Below, piece after piece: positions 56,363 through 64,000 of a stretch of DNA of 64,000 nt. The first letter of the stretch is position 1; each line of letters starts with the position of its first letter. The notes beneath the pieces were generated by a model that saw nothing but the letters and a program-made list of their open reading frames with translations, had not been told where the DNA came from and did no database searches. The translations under genes and the position numbers were made by a program. Source of the stretch: a virus (lineage: Duplodnaviria > Caudoviricetes); IMG/VR virus record IMGVR_UViG_3300034062_005626; one strand, given 5' to 3'.

Positions 56363-59187
56363 TCGAAACTAAGAGCCATTAAATCCCCATCCACATCAAA
56401 TTCAAAGTATTCATCAATATCCACCTTCTTTTGTTGTACGACAAATTCTTCCATTAACTTTTTGTTATTTTTAACCCAATCAACATCCACTAAATCAACA
56501 GTACCATCTAAATACATATAGTAAGGGTCAATACCTACGTTTTTCCAAAACGTTAATTCCATGTCAGATAATGTTAATACTTCCTCTAATGTATCTTGAT
56601 GAGTTTCTTTCATGGGGTAACCACGTACTAATTCAGTTTGGGACTTAGTAAAGATAGGTCTATCTTTTGGGTCTTCAATTAAAATGTCCTCTCTAATTTC
56701 AGGTTTATAAACAACAAGTAATGGTTCAATCCTTTTGTTAAAAGCCGCCAAATATCTTGGAACATTATACTCACCTAATAAATCAGGATTCATTTCTATA
56801 TCACGTTCATCAATCAAATAACAATTTAAAACTAATTCATCTTTTTTCTTTTGAACGTCTCCGTGAGATTTCTTTTCACCATTATTAACATAGAAGATTG
56901 TATCACCAAGACCAGGATTTTTACCTTCTTTAATCAAAAGTTCCATGTGTGCTTGACGGGACATCATATTTCCGGCCTTTGTTGTTTTAGTAATGTGAAC
57001 TTTATAATCGTCTATTGATTGTTTAACACGAGCTTTGTTTGCAATTTTTGCCAAAGGAATTTGTCTGTTATAAAGTTTGTCCACATATTCGTAGTAGAAA
57101 TCTAAAAACTCACCACCTTTACCGTCCAATAACATTCGAAGACCTTTGTCCAAAAATTCAGCAACATACGTTTGAAGTTTTTTAGATTTAATTGTATTAC
57201 CTGTAAGTTTTACTTTACCCTTATCTGTAAGAAGTGCGTAGTTTTTACGAGCCACATTAATTGTTGATGGCCAAACACCGTCAATATCCAATCCCATTTC
57301 ACCTCGTAAAAATAAATCATTGTATTCAGCAACATCGGCCTCGGCCCCAACATATTCTTTACCTTCTTTAACCAACCCATTTAAACCTTGACCAATGTAT
57401 TTATACGATTCTCTATCTTGTGGGGTTTCAAAGTTTACACCGTCCGTGTCCATTACAAGTGGAACATAACCTCTTTTCATAAAGAACATAATCATTTGAC
57501 GTAGGTATTGTCTACCTGTACAAGTAATCTGTTCACCCATATCAATATCACCCCACGGAAAAACTTGTGGTGCCGATAATGAACCAAAGAATGCGTTGAT
57601 AAAGATTTTAATTGGTAATTGTTTTCTGTCGTAAGAAATCGCAAGTTTTGGGTCAATAGATTTATATTCACTTGCTAAGTTCTTGTATTTAATACGAGTA
57701 TCACGGAAATACTTTAACATACTTTTCATTGCTCCTGTCACATCACACTTAGGAAACACATCGTGAACCAACTGAATAGATGGATATAGTGAAGAGTAGT
57801 CAAGTTTCAATACGTTTTTAGAGAACCCAACCTGTACCAAACGAGAAAGACCTCCTGTAAATTTTCTTTTTTCTAATTTTCTTGGTAATGCTAAATTATG
57901 TTTATATGACCATGCGGCCATAATCATTTTCCATAATGTCGCAGTTCCCATAGTTGAAAGTCTTTCATATGTTGTTGGTACAAGTTTAGACAATAAGAAG
58001 TTTGCTTGATTAAACTGTTCATCAACTATCATCGTTTCATAAAGGTCATCGTCCAAATAGTCCTCAATAATTTTTGAACCCGTAACTAATTTATAAACAT
58101 CATCTCTTCTTTTACAGATTTCATCTATTTTTGAATCAAACCCAACTTTTTTATAAGCTCCGTTTTCTTTGTTCATCCAATATTCAAGATTATCAAAATA
58201 GATTTTACCAATCTTATCCCCCTCAACGTAAACACGATTTGGTTTTTCAGCTTCAATAAATTTGGTGATGTACTTCAAAGACCAACTCTTAATGTCTGAG
58301 TTGATTGCTTGTGCTCTACGAACTGCGTGTGCAATATCAACAATATTATATCCCCACATCTGAGTCTGAACGTATGGTTCCATTTCGTTCGCCAACTTTA
58401 GAATACCATCTTTTTGTTTTAGTGTATAATCAGGATGTAAGGTCTTGCAGATTTTTTTGATATTAACTTTTAATATTTCAGCTCTTTTTAGAATAAATGG
58501 GAAGTCAAAGAATGCTGAGTTGTAACCCCCAATCAAAGATGGTTTTAACTCATCAATAGTCTTAAAGAAGTCGACAATCATTTGTCGTTCTTCATCTTCA
58601 TTTTGTGCTGATAATAATTTTAAAAAACCACGATTGTCTTTCATCCCTATCAAGAATATCTTACTTGTTTTAGGGTCAAGACCTGTGGTTTCAATATCGA
58701 ATACAAACCTGTGGATTTCATCGTATTCATCAAAACCTTTGAATAGTCTTTTACTTTTTTGAATTAAGTATTGTTCTACGGGTGATAATATTTGAATTGA
58801 GTCTGTATTATCTCTACCCCATGGGTCTAATCCACCACCCTTAAAGAAATTTACAAGATTAGAATATGACTTGGTTGTTTTAACTAAATACTTCAGTCCG
58901 TTTTCTAAACGTTCGTCATTGTGAGTATCAAGTTTTTCTATGATAATACCATTTTCACTCATCGCACGTTTTTGTGCGTGTTTGTCGTTCTTGTAAAAGT
59001 TTTTACCTTTCAAGTCACCAACCCAAGCAAATGGAATAAATGTGTCGGGACGTAATAATTTACCCTTAACAGGGTCTTGAATTACCTTATATATTTTAGA
59101 TGATTTGTAATCGTATTCGAGTGATACAATATATTTTTCGTCGTCTTCACCTAATAAAAAGCGTTCAATTTCTTCTTGTGGAACCAT
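56359..59187 (-). CDS. DNA polymerase family B with 3'-5' exonuclease
   Basis: 942 aa; ExoI FDIET, ExoII GYNSAFFDF, motif A LDYSSLYPSI, motif B KIFINAFFG, motif C MDTDG, KNYA; no intein. Confidence 0.95.
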   Translation of the reverse strand: MVPQEEIERFLLGEDDEKYIVSLEYDYKSSKIYKVIQDPVKGKLLRPDTFIPFAWVGDLKGKNFYKNDKHAQKRAMSENGIIIEKLDTHNDERLENGLKYLVKTTKSYSNLVNFFKGGGLDPWGRDNTDSIQILSPVEQYLIQKSKRLFKGFDEYDEIHRFVFDIETTGLDPKTSKIFLIGMKDNRGFLKLLSAQNEDEERQMIVDFFKTIDELKPSLIGGYNSAFFDFPFILKRAEILKVNIKKICKTLHPDYTLKQKDGILKLANEMEPYVQTQMWGYNIVDIAHAVRRAQAINSDIKSWSLKYITKFIEAEKPNRVYVEGDKIGKIYFDNLEYWMNKENGAYKKVGFDSKIDEICKRRDDVYKLVTGSKIIEDYLDDDLYETMIVDEQFNQANFLLSKLVPTTYERLSTMGTATLWKMIMAAWSYKHNLALPRKLEKRKFTGGLSRLVQVGFSKNVLKLDYSSLYPSIQLVHDVFPKCDVTGAMKSMLKYFRDTRIKYKNLASEYKSIDPKLAISYDRKQLPIKIFINAFFGSLSAPQVFPWGDIDMGEQITCTGRQYLRQMIMFFMKRGYVPLVMDTDGVNFETPQDRESYKYIGQGLNGLVKEGKEYVGAEADVAEYNDLFLRGEMGLDIDGVWPSTINVARKNYALLTDKGKVKLTGNTIKSKKLQTYVAEFLDKGLRMLLDGKGGEFLDFYYEYVDKLYNRQIPLAKIANKARVKQSIDDYKVHITKTTKAGNMMSRQAHMELLIKEGKNPGLGDTIFYVNNGEKKSHGDVQKKKDELVLNCYLIDERDIEMNPDLLGEYNVPRYLAAFNKRIEPLLVVYKPEIREDILIEDPKDRPIFTKSQTELVRGYPMKETHQDTLEEVLTLSDMELTFWKNVGIDPYYMYLDGTVDLVDVDWVKNNKKLMEEFVVQQKKVDIDEYFEFDVDGDLMALSFD

Positions 59188-59250
59188 ATTTTATATTTTT
59201 AATTTTGGGTTATTATTCTCACAAACTATGTTGTGGTTTCCCTTTTTTAA

Positions 59251-59282
59251 TAAATATAAAAATGAGTTGTGTTAATGTCAAA
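59251..59282 (-). promoter_or_regulatory. Host-type promoter for DNA polymerase
   Basis: Minus strand TTTG-N20-TATATTTA, equivalently TTGACA-N17-TATATT; the upstream box overlaps the TGA stop of the 117-aa gene. Confidence 0.65.
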
Positions 59283-59631
59283 CAATGTTTATATAAAGAT
59301 TTTCTCTAATTGGCGAAATCAATTCTCCATTTTGTAAAACTACTGAAAATTCACCTATAAACCTACCTTTTATTTTTGTATCGTTTGCGGTCCATTTGTA
59401 ATATAAATAATATTCAGTTGGACTATCGGGGTTATTTTTTAATTTTTCGACAATATAAGCTTGGTTCATAAATATTTTTTGTATTCCATTCTTTTCGTCT
59501 TTCATTGAAAAACGAATAATTGCATTATCTAAAATTTCTATAATATTTTTATAAGAGTCACTTCTACCGTCCACGACTGGTTCCATTTTCAAAATTGGTA
59601 ATGTAGAGTTTTGATTTATAAAAAATTCCAT
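59278..59631 (-). CDS. Putative BppU-N-like virion protein
   Basis: 117 aa; FFINQNSTLPILKM...IRFSM...YYKWTANDT...GRFIGEF, resembling baseplate-upper N-terminal Ig-like domains. Confidence 0.45.
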   Translation of the reverse strand: MEFFINQNSTLPILKMEPVVDGRSDSYKNIIEILDNAIIRFSMKDEKNGIQKIFMNQAYIVEKLKNNPDSPTEYYLYYKWTANDTKIKGRFIGEFSVVLQNGELISPIRENLYINIV

Positions 59632-59649
59632 TTTTTCTTCTTATGTAGT

Positions 59650-62163
59650 TTATGAACAATTATTTAATACTTGAGTAACAACGCCATTTGAAATACTTAA
59701 TAATACGTAGTTTCCACCGTTTTGTGCAACATAAAATCCTGTCATACCATAGTAATTACATGTTGTAGGTCCACCATAGAACACCGTACCAACTTGAATT
59801 TGTGGAGTATCAATGTACATAGATTCAATTGCTCCATTGGTACTACATGTTCCTGCAGATAAACACAACAACGAACTACAAGCCAACGAATAACTATTTG
59901 AAAAATTACCATATTGATTAGTAGAAAAACTTAAATATGAGGATAAGTATGGGTGTGTTGTTAAACAAGGTACGGGTGTTGGAGCCGGAGGACATAATGC
60001 ACAATCTCCATTTTGACCATACACTTGACCGTTCCATGTCACAGTTTGAGGACCTGCAGATGGACCTGTAACAACATAACACTGACCATTTGTTCCACCA
60101 ACAACATAATAGTTGTCAAGATTTTGATATTGAGGAGGTATTGAAATAACTTCCGCATCAAACTCACCCGCACAAGGTATTGCAACTGCAAGTATATTTG
60201 CGGGTGTCGGAGTAGGGGTAGGTGTTGGGGTTGGTGTCGGAGTAGGAGTAGGTGTTGGGGTAGGGGTAGGTGTTGGAGTTGGTGCCGGAGTCAAACAATC
60301 AGGACACCAATAATCAAACAAATCAAATTTATCTTTTAAAATTCTAAAATTATGTTGTACTTGAGGACTTGCAAAAGGTTCAGTATACATTCTAAATTGT
60401 GATATACCCCCCATAAATGAACCCCCAAAATTTTGTTCAACAAGTATATTTGTGGTTAAACCACTTAAAGTTGTTGCTGACAATATTTCATTTGGAAATA
60501 ATTCAGGGTCTTGTATATATGGTCCTGTTAATAACGTATCTGCCGAAAAAATTAAATTGTCATGTAATCCTTGACTACCCCCACCCCAAGAAATATTAAA
60601 CGGTACACCGATTTGTTTTTCTTTTTCACAATTTAATTCTCTTGGAATTATTTCTTCAAAGTTTTCAATTATGGTGAATAAGTAACCGTTGATATATAAT
60701 TTTAGTCTTCCTAATCTATACCAAGTATCATCAAACCATTTATGGTCAAAAACAATTCTATAAACTTTATTTTCTTTTGTGTCTCCAGAATGTGTTTCAG
60801 GTGGCATAATCAAATTATATGCAGTCCCGTTTAAAATAGATTGATAAGTCACCTCTCTTATATCCCCTAAACCGCCAAGATTTAATAAATCACATTCTTC
60901 TATTGTTGTATATCTTTCAAAAACTGCCGTAACCATTACCCATCTGTCTTCAGTTATTGTCCCACAAACATAATCACATACATCATATATTGGTGGTGTA
61001 CATACTTCGGTTATGGTGTACCCTGTTTGAAAAGTAACACCAGTAGTTTCACAAACACCTGTTGTGACACAATCTCCTGTTATTTTAATGTATTTGATAC
61101 ATAAACTTGGATTTAAAGGACAACCACTAAATCTAATTGATAATGCGTTTGACAACACATCAAATTTAGGGTCTAATGGTGGAACTGGTATTTGTTCTGT
61201 ACATGCTCCACATCCACAACCAATTTGGTGAACTGCGGTTGTTGCACTTTGTGGGTAAAGTGTGACACAGTTAGCGTTTGTTACACCAGTATCAGAACAT
61301 TTACAACTTTGTAATGATGTTAAACCTGTGGTTGCCCTTGTGTATCCTGAATCCGATTCAGGACTTCCACTTGCAAAATGATAAAATTTGTTTTCGGCTC
61401 TTGTACCAAAATAGAAAAAAGTACCAGCATTACTCGGGTATTTTGTATTCAGATACTCTTCAGTTGATGTATTGATAATATATTCATCTAAGTTTCTTGG
61501 TTTTATAACCGTCTCCATGGTCCAACCTTTATTTACTCGCTCAGGAAAAACTTCATAATCATAACCAAAAAGTTTATAAAATCCTTGATAGAAACCACCA
61601 TATAATTCTTGATAGTAACCAATTGTTGGGTCACTTTTAGATACAATATTATACATAGATTGTTTTGGTCTACCTGAAAAAACAACATTTGGTAGATTGG
61701 TATACCCCGTAACCATATGCATTTTCATTCTTCTGTCGTAGTATATTGGGTTAAACTTATAATCATTTCTAACCCCCATAGTGTAATAAAGTGTTTGACC
61801 TGTCAACGAAGTAAATAAACCATTATCGGTTCCAACTATTCCAACATCACAAGTTCCCGTAAATGCCGAGATACAATCTAAATCAACATTATTAGGGTTG
61901 TAATAATTTTTACTAACTAAAGTAGCACCACTATAAAAGGTGTCAAACGACATTGGTATTTGAGGACAAGTGTTTGAATCCCCTAAATCAAATAAAATTG
62001 GAAGTCTATTTCCGTCATTGTATGCAATGAGTTCGTTAGAAAATACCACCTCTTCATCGTAGTCTTTTTCATCTCCGACAAGTGTAAAATCGAAATAGTC
62101 CGCAAAATTTAATTTTTGGGAATATTTTGGTGTAAAATATGAATTAATACTTTGACTTGGCAT
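59650..62163 (-). CDS. LamG/concanavalin-like virion protein with (Thr-Pro)n linker and Cys-rich C-terminus
   Basis: 837 aa; WTMETVIKP, WVMVTAVF, LKLYINGY, FMGGISQFRMYTEP are LamG-like; late motif upstream. Confidence 0.6.
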   Translation of the reverse strand: MPSQSINSYFTPKYSQKLNFADYFDFTLVGDEKDYDEEVVFSNELIAYNDGNRLPILFDLGDSNTCPQIPMSFDTFYSGATLVSKNYYNPNNVDLDCISAFTGTCDVGIVGTDNGLFTSLTGQTLYYTMGVRNDYKFNPIYYDRRMKMHMVTGYTNLPNVVFSGRPKQSMYNIVSKSDPTIGYYQELYGGFYQGFYKLFGYDYEVFPERVNKGWTMETVIKPRNLDEYIINTSTEEYLNTKYPSNAGTFFYFGTRAENKFYHFASGSPESDSGYTRATTGLTSLQSCKCSDTGVTNANCVTLYPQSATTAVHQIGCGCGACTEQIPVPPLDPKFDVLSNALSIRFSGCPLNPSLCIKYIKITGDCVTTGVCETTGVTFQTGYTITEVCTPPIYDVCDYVCGTITEDRWVMVTAVFERYTTIEECDLLNLGGLGDIREVTYQSILNGTAYNLIMPPETHSGDTKENKVYRIVFDHKWFDDTWYRLGRLKLYINGYLFTIIENFEEIIPRELNCEKEKQIGVPFNISWGGGSQGLHDNLIFSADTLLTGPYIQDPELFPNEILSATTLSGLTTNILVEQNFGGSFMGGISQFRMYTEPFASPQVQHNFRILKDKFDLFDYWCPDCLTPAPTPTPTPTPTPTPTPTPTPTPTPTPTPANILAVAIPCAGEFDAEVISIPPQYQNLDNYYVVGGTNGQCYVVTGPSAGPQTVTWNGQVYGQNGDCALCPPAPTPVPCLTTHPYLSSYLSFSTNQYGNFSNSYSLACSSLLCLSAGTCSTNGAIESMYIDTPQIQVGTVFYGGPTTCNYYGMTGFYVAQNGGNYVLLSISNGVVTQVLNNCS
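60202..60291 (-). repeat. (Thr-Pro)13 coding repeat plus TPAP
   Basis: 13 consecutive nGGnGT hexamers at 60202-60279 with shuffled wobble bases. Confidence 0.95.
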
Positions 62164-62171
62164 TTTTATTA

Positions 62172-62199
62172 ATAAATACTTTAACAGAAGATATTTATA
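62172..62199. promoter_or_regulatory. Back-to-back divergent late-type motifs
   Basis: TATTTAT on the minus strand (62178-62172) before gene 62163, and TATTTATA on the plus strand (62192-62199) before gene 62213. Confidence 0.6.
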
Positions 62200-62212
62200 T
62201 AAAAAGTATTAA

Positions 62213-62929
62213 ATGAAAACTTATAAATATTCTACAAAAGAAAGAGCAGAAAGAGTTGCTAAGACTTTAGGATGTACAGGTTCACACCAACATACAGAAA
62301 AAGGTAAGAAGATTTTTATGCCCTGTAAGAGTCATGAAATATTCACAAAAAAAACAAAAAACTCAGAAGGTGAGGTTACAGAATTGGTAGATGATGATGG
62401 AACTTGGAACTCATCTTCTATACCTATTTTGAATCCAGCAACAACAGGGACAAAAAACAATCCGACAACCACAGATAAAATTGTTTCTATGAGTAAAAAC
62501 CCAAGAGACCCACTTTTAAGGGGTTGGTATGGTTATTATGGTGAGGGTCACGTAAAAGAAATTGATATGTCGAAGGCCTTTGGTTTTGAAGACACAAAAT
62601 TTATGGATGCAGAAGAAACTGAGAAATTTTTCAAAAAAGAATTAAAGTTAAAACCACAAAACGCAAAAGTAAGAACACTAGACCAAGGAAAGAAAAAAGG
62701 ATTAGATAAAAAAACACCCCCACAAATAAAAAAGAAAAAAGGTTTTATAGATAGAGAAATACTAAAAGAGTTGGAATTGGATGAGGAAATTTTATTAGAC
62801 AAATCAAGAAAATCAGACGATGGTGTTATTGGTGATTTAATTAAAAAAAATGTAAGAGCCCTTAAAAAAATGGCAAATGACAACAACATTTCTCTTCAAG
62901 AATTAATTTATATGTTAAAAGATGAATAG
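62213..62929 (+). CDS. Hypothetical basic protein with N-terminal Cys/His motif
   Basis: 238 aa; LGCTGSHQH...FMPCKSHE. Confidence 0.6.
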   Translation: MKTYKYSTKERAERVAKTLGCTGSHQHTEKGKKIFMPCKSHEIFTKKTKNSEGEVTELVDDDGTWNSSSIPILNPATTGTKNNPTTTDKIVSMSKNPRDPLLRGWYGYYGEGHVKEIDMSKAFGFEDTKFMDAEETEKFFKKELKLKPQNAKVRTLDQGKKKGLDKKTPPQIKKKKGFIDREILKELELDEEILLDKSRKSDDGVIGDLIKKNVRALKKMANDNNISLQELIYMLKDE

Positions 62930-63386
62930 TTCATTATACGATAGAAAGGCAGTTGTACCCGACACATTGTTAAAACATTTAGAACAATGTTTTAGTTCGA
63001 CAGATGGTGACGAAGGAACCGAAGGGTATAATAGAAATAAAGAATTGCGTGAAAAAAAAGTTGCAACCTACCAACAAATAAAAAGAATAAAAAATTGGTT
63101 TGATGGTTACAACGGAAATAAAAAGGACGCCCCTTTTATTTTAAACGGTGGAGACAGAATGAAATCTTGGTGTGATGAGGTTTTAAAAACTTGGAGAAAC
63201 AGTGTTGAGGGTGGAAAAAAAGTTAAAAGTGATACGGGAATGCAAAACCAGTTTAACGACACTCATGAAAAAAATGGTATTAATTTAATACCAAGTAAAA
63301 GACATGAAAAGGGGGGGAATAAATTTGATACATCAATAAAAGAAGAAGTTAAAAAAATAAACTATTTAATTAAAAAAATATTGTAA
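62922..63386 (+). CDS. Hypothetical protein
   Basis: 154 aa, coupled to both neighbours. Confidence 0.6.
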   Translation: MNSSLYDRKAVVPDTLLKHLEQCFSSTDGDEGTEGYNRNKELREKKVATYQQIKRIKNWFDGYNGNKKDAPFILNGGDRMKSWCDEVLKTWRNSVEGGKKVKSDTGMQNQFNDTHEKNGINLIPSKRHEKGGNKFDTSIKEEVKKINYLIKKIL

Positions 63387-63679
63387 TGGCAGTTCAATCA
63401 GATAAATTAGATTTTTCGCAACCTGACAACACGTTGTCAAAAATTGCCGAAGAACAAAGAAGAAAAATGTTTGCTCGTAATGATTTCAAGGAAGTTAATC
63501 CCTATTCAAGTGTTAATCCCGCAGCATTAGCAGATGGTGATGGTAAAGGTAGAGGTACTGGTGGTGATTTAGATATATACAATCAAAATGCAGGAACAGC
63601 ACTTGATAGATTTGAAAGAAAAGACGATTTGAAAAGTAATAAATTTTCAGAAAAAAATCCTTATTACGTTCCACAATGA
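63386..63679 (+). CDS. Hypothetical protein
   Basis: 97 aa; ATGA overlap with the next gene. Confidence 0.6.
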   Translation: MAVQSDKLDFSQPDNTLSKIAEEQRRKMFARNDFKEVNPYSSVNPAALADGDGKGRGTGGDLDIYNQNAGTALDRFERKDDLKSNKFSEKNPYYVPQ

Positions 63680-64000
63680 AATTAGTCAACAATCTTAGTG
63701 AATTGATTACAGAAATTGCTGCAATTTCTGACATGACGGATTCTATTAAAAAAAGAAACGTGGTGACAATTTATTATGATGGTGATGATAATGGAGGTAA
63801 AGGATATAGAACAATAGAACCTGTGTGTTTAGGATTTTCAAAAAGAGATAATATGGTTTTAAGAGCGTGGGAAAGAGAAGGTGCTTCCTACAGTGCACAA
63901 AATAAAGGTAATGTTTTACCAGGTTGGAGATTATTTAGAGTAGATAAAATCTTTACATATAAACCCTCCTTTGATAAGTTTGATGAAGTTAGACCTAACT
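63676..64000 (+). CDS. Stand-alone WYL-domain protein, 3' end runs off the window
   Basis: Not in the ORF track. Manual translation MKLVNNLSELITE...VVTIYYDG...GYRTIEPVCLG...VLRAWE...GWRLFRVDKI; R-x-I-E-P, L-x-A-W and R-x-F-R-V-D-x-I are WYL hallmarks. Confidence 0.8.
   Translation, partial: MKLVNNLSELITEIAAISDMTDSIKKRNVVTIYYDGDDNGGKGYRTIEPVCLGFSKRDNMVLRAWEREGASYSAQNKGNVLPGWRLFRVDKIFTYKPSFDKFDEVRPN

Noticed and set aside
19219-59187. Inteins or group I introns in nrdA, nrdB, helicase, uvsX or polB
   Set aside because: All are continuous ORFs of ordinary length, with no intein-like C/S...HN insertions or homing endonuclease motifs seen.
300-63734. The many other 60-170 aa ORFs nested antisense or out of frame in long genes (e.g. 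4462-4839, 15005-15415, 30395-30904, 40624-41043, 46815-47189)
   Set aside because: Fully overlapped by well-supported genes, no recognisable motifs, composition typical of reverse-strand shadows.
1-64000. Stop-codon reassignment (seen in some large Bacteroidota phages)
   Set aside because: Very long genes are intact in code 11, and TAG (24033-24035, 56360-56362) and TGA (44203-44205, 63677-63679) end genes at sensible boundaries.
1-64000. CRISPR array, tRNA genes, DGR template/variable repeats, integrase or transposase
   Set aside because: Intergenic gaps are short (mostly under 130 nt); no spaced identical repeats, cloverleaf or reverse transcriptase recognised. tRNAscan-SE or a self dot-plot would confirm.
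1-64000. Eukaryotic giant-virus origin (eukaryote-like RNR, SMARCAL1-like helicase, GT60, PolB)
   Set aside because: A complete contractile-tail gene set (sheath, tube, tape measure, gp25, gp6) plus bacterial-type terminators and promoters identifies a tailed bacteriophage.

Overview
This window is 64 kb of a large, AT-rich, T4-like contractile-tailed (myovirus-type) dsDNA bacteriophage genome read in standard code 11. Two long truncated ORFs at the window edges were missed by the ORF track: a GT60-like glycosyltransferase at <1-730 and a WYL-domain protein at 63676->64000. Most of 1-51959 is one minus-strand morphogenesis region. In gene order it runs: neck/tail terminator, sheath, tube, chaperone, tape measure, tube initiator, LysM/gp53, hub, gp25, gp6-like, several giant unknown virion proteins, P2-gpI/gp7-like, SprB-repeat adhesin, C1q-like fibre, glycosyltransferase. 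A terminator-bounded replication cassette (SSB, UvsX/RecA, 5'-3' exonuclease, DnaB-type helicase, nrdB, nrdA) is inserted in the middle of the baseplate genes. The right part carries a SMARCAL1-like SNF2 helicase, a HExxH-domain/superoxide dismutase fusion, a gp13-like neck protein, a family B DNA polymerase and a LamG/(Thr-Pro)n protein. SprB repeats, a eukaryote-type class Ia RNR, A-rich starts without Shine-Dalgarno sites and TTTG-N19/20-TATATTT promoters all point to a Bacteroidota host (inference). The main candidates for new biology are: (1) a possible virion O-glycosylation system (GT60 enzyme beside Thr/Ser-rich fibres); (2) SprB gliding-adhesin-like virion proteins; (3) an OmpA-like peptidoglycan-binding domain and a novel ~55-aa repeat array in the tube initiator; (4) a +1/-2 frameshift candidate in the tail chaperone; (5) a late-gene motif TATTTAT(A) that is the reverse complement of the T4 late box; (6) possibly capsid-packaged cargo enzymes (SOD fusion, HAD phosphatase, WYL). 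I saw no tRNA, rRNA, CRISPR array, intein, intron, integrase or transposase. All family calls come from motif recognition by eye, not from database searches.
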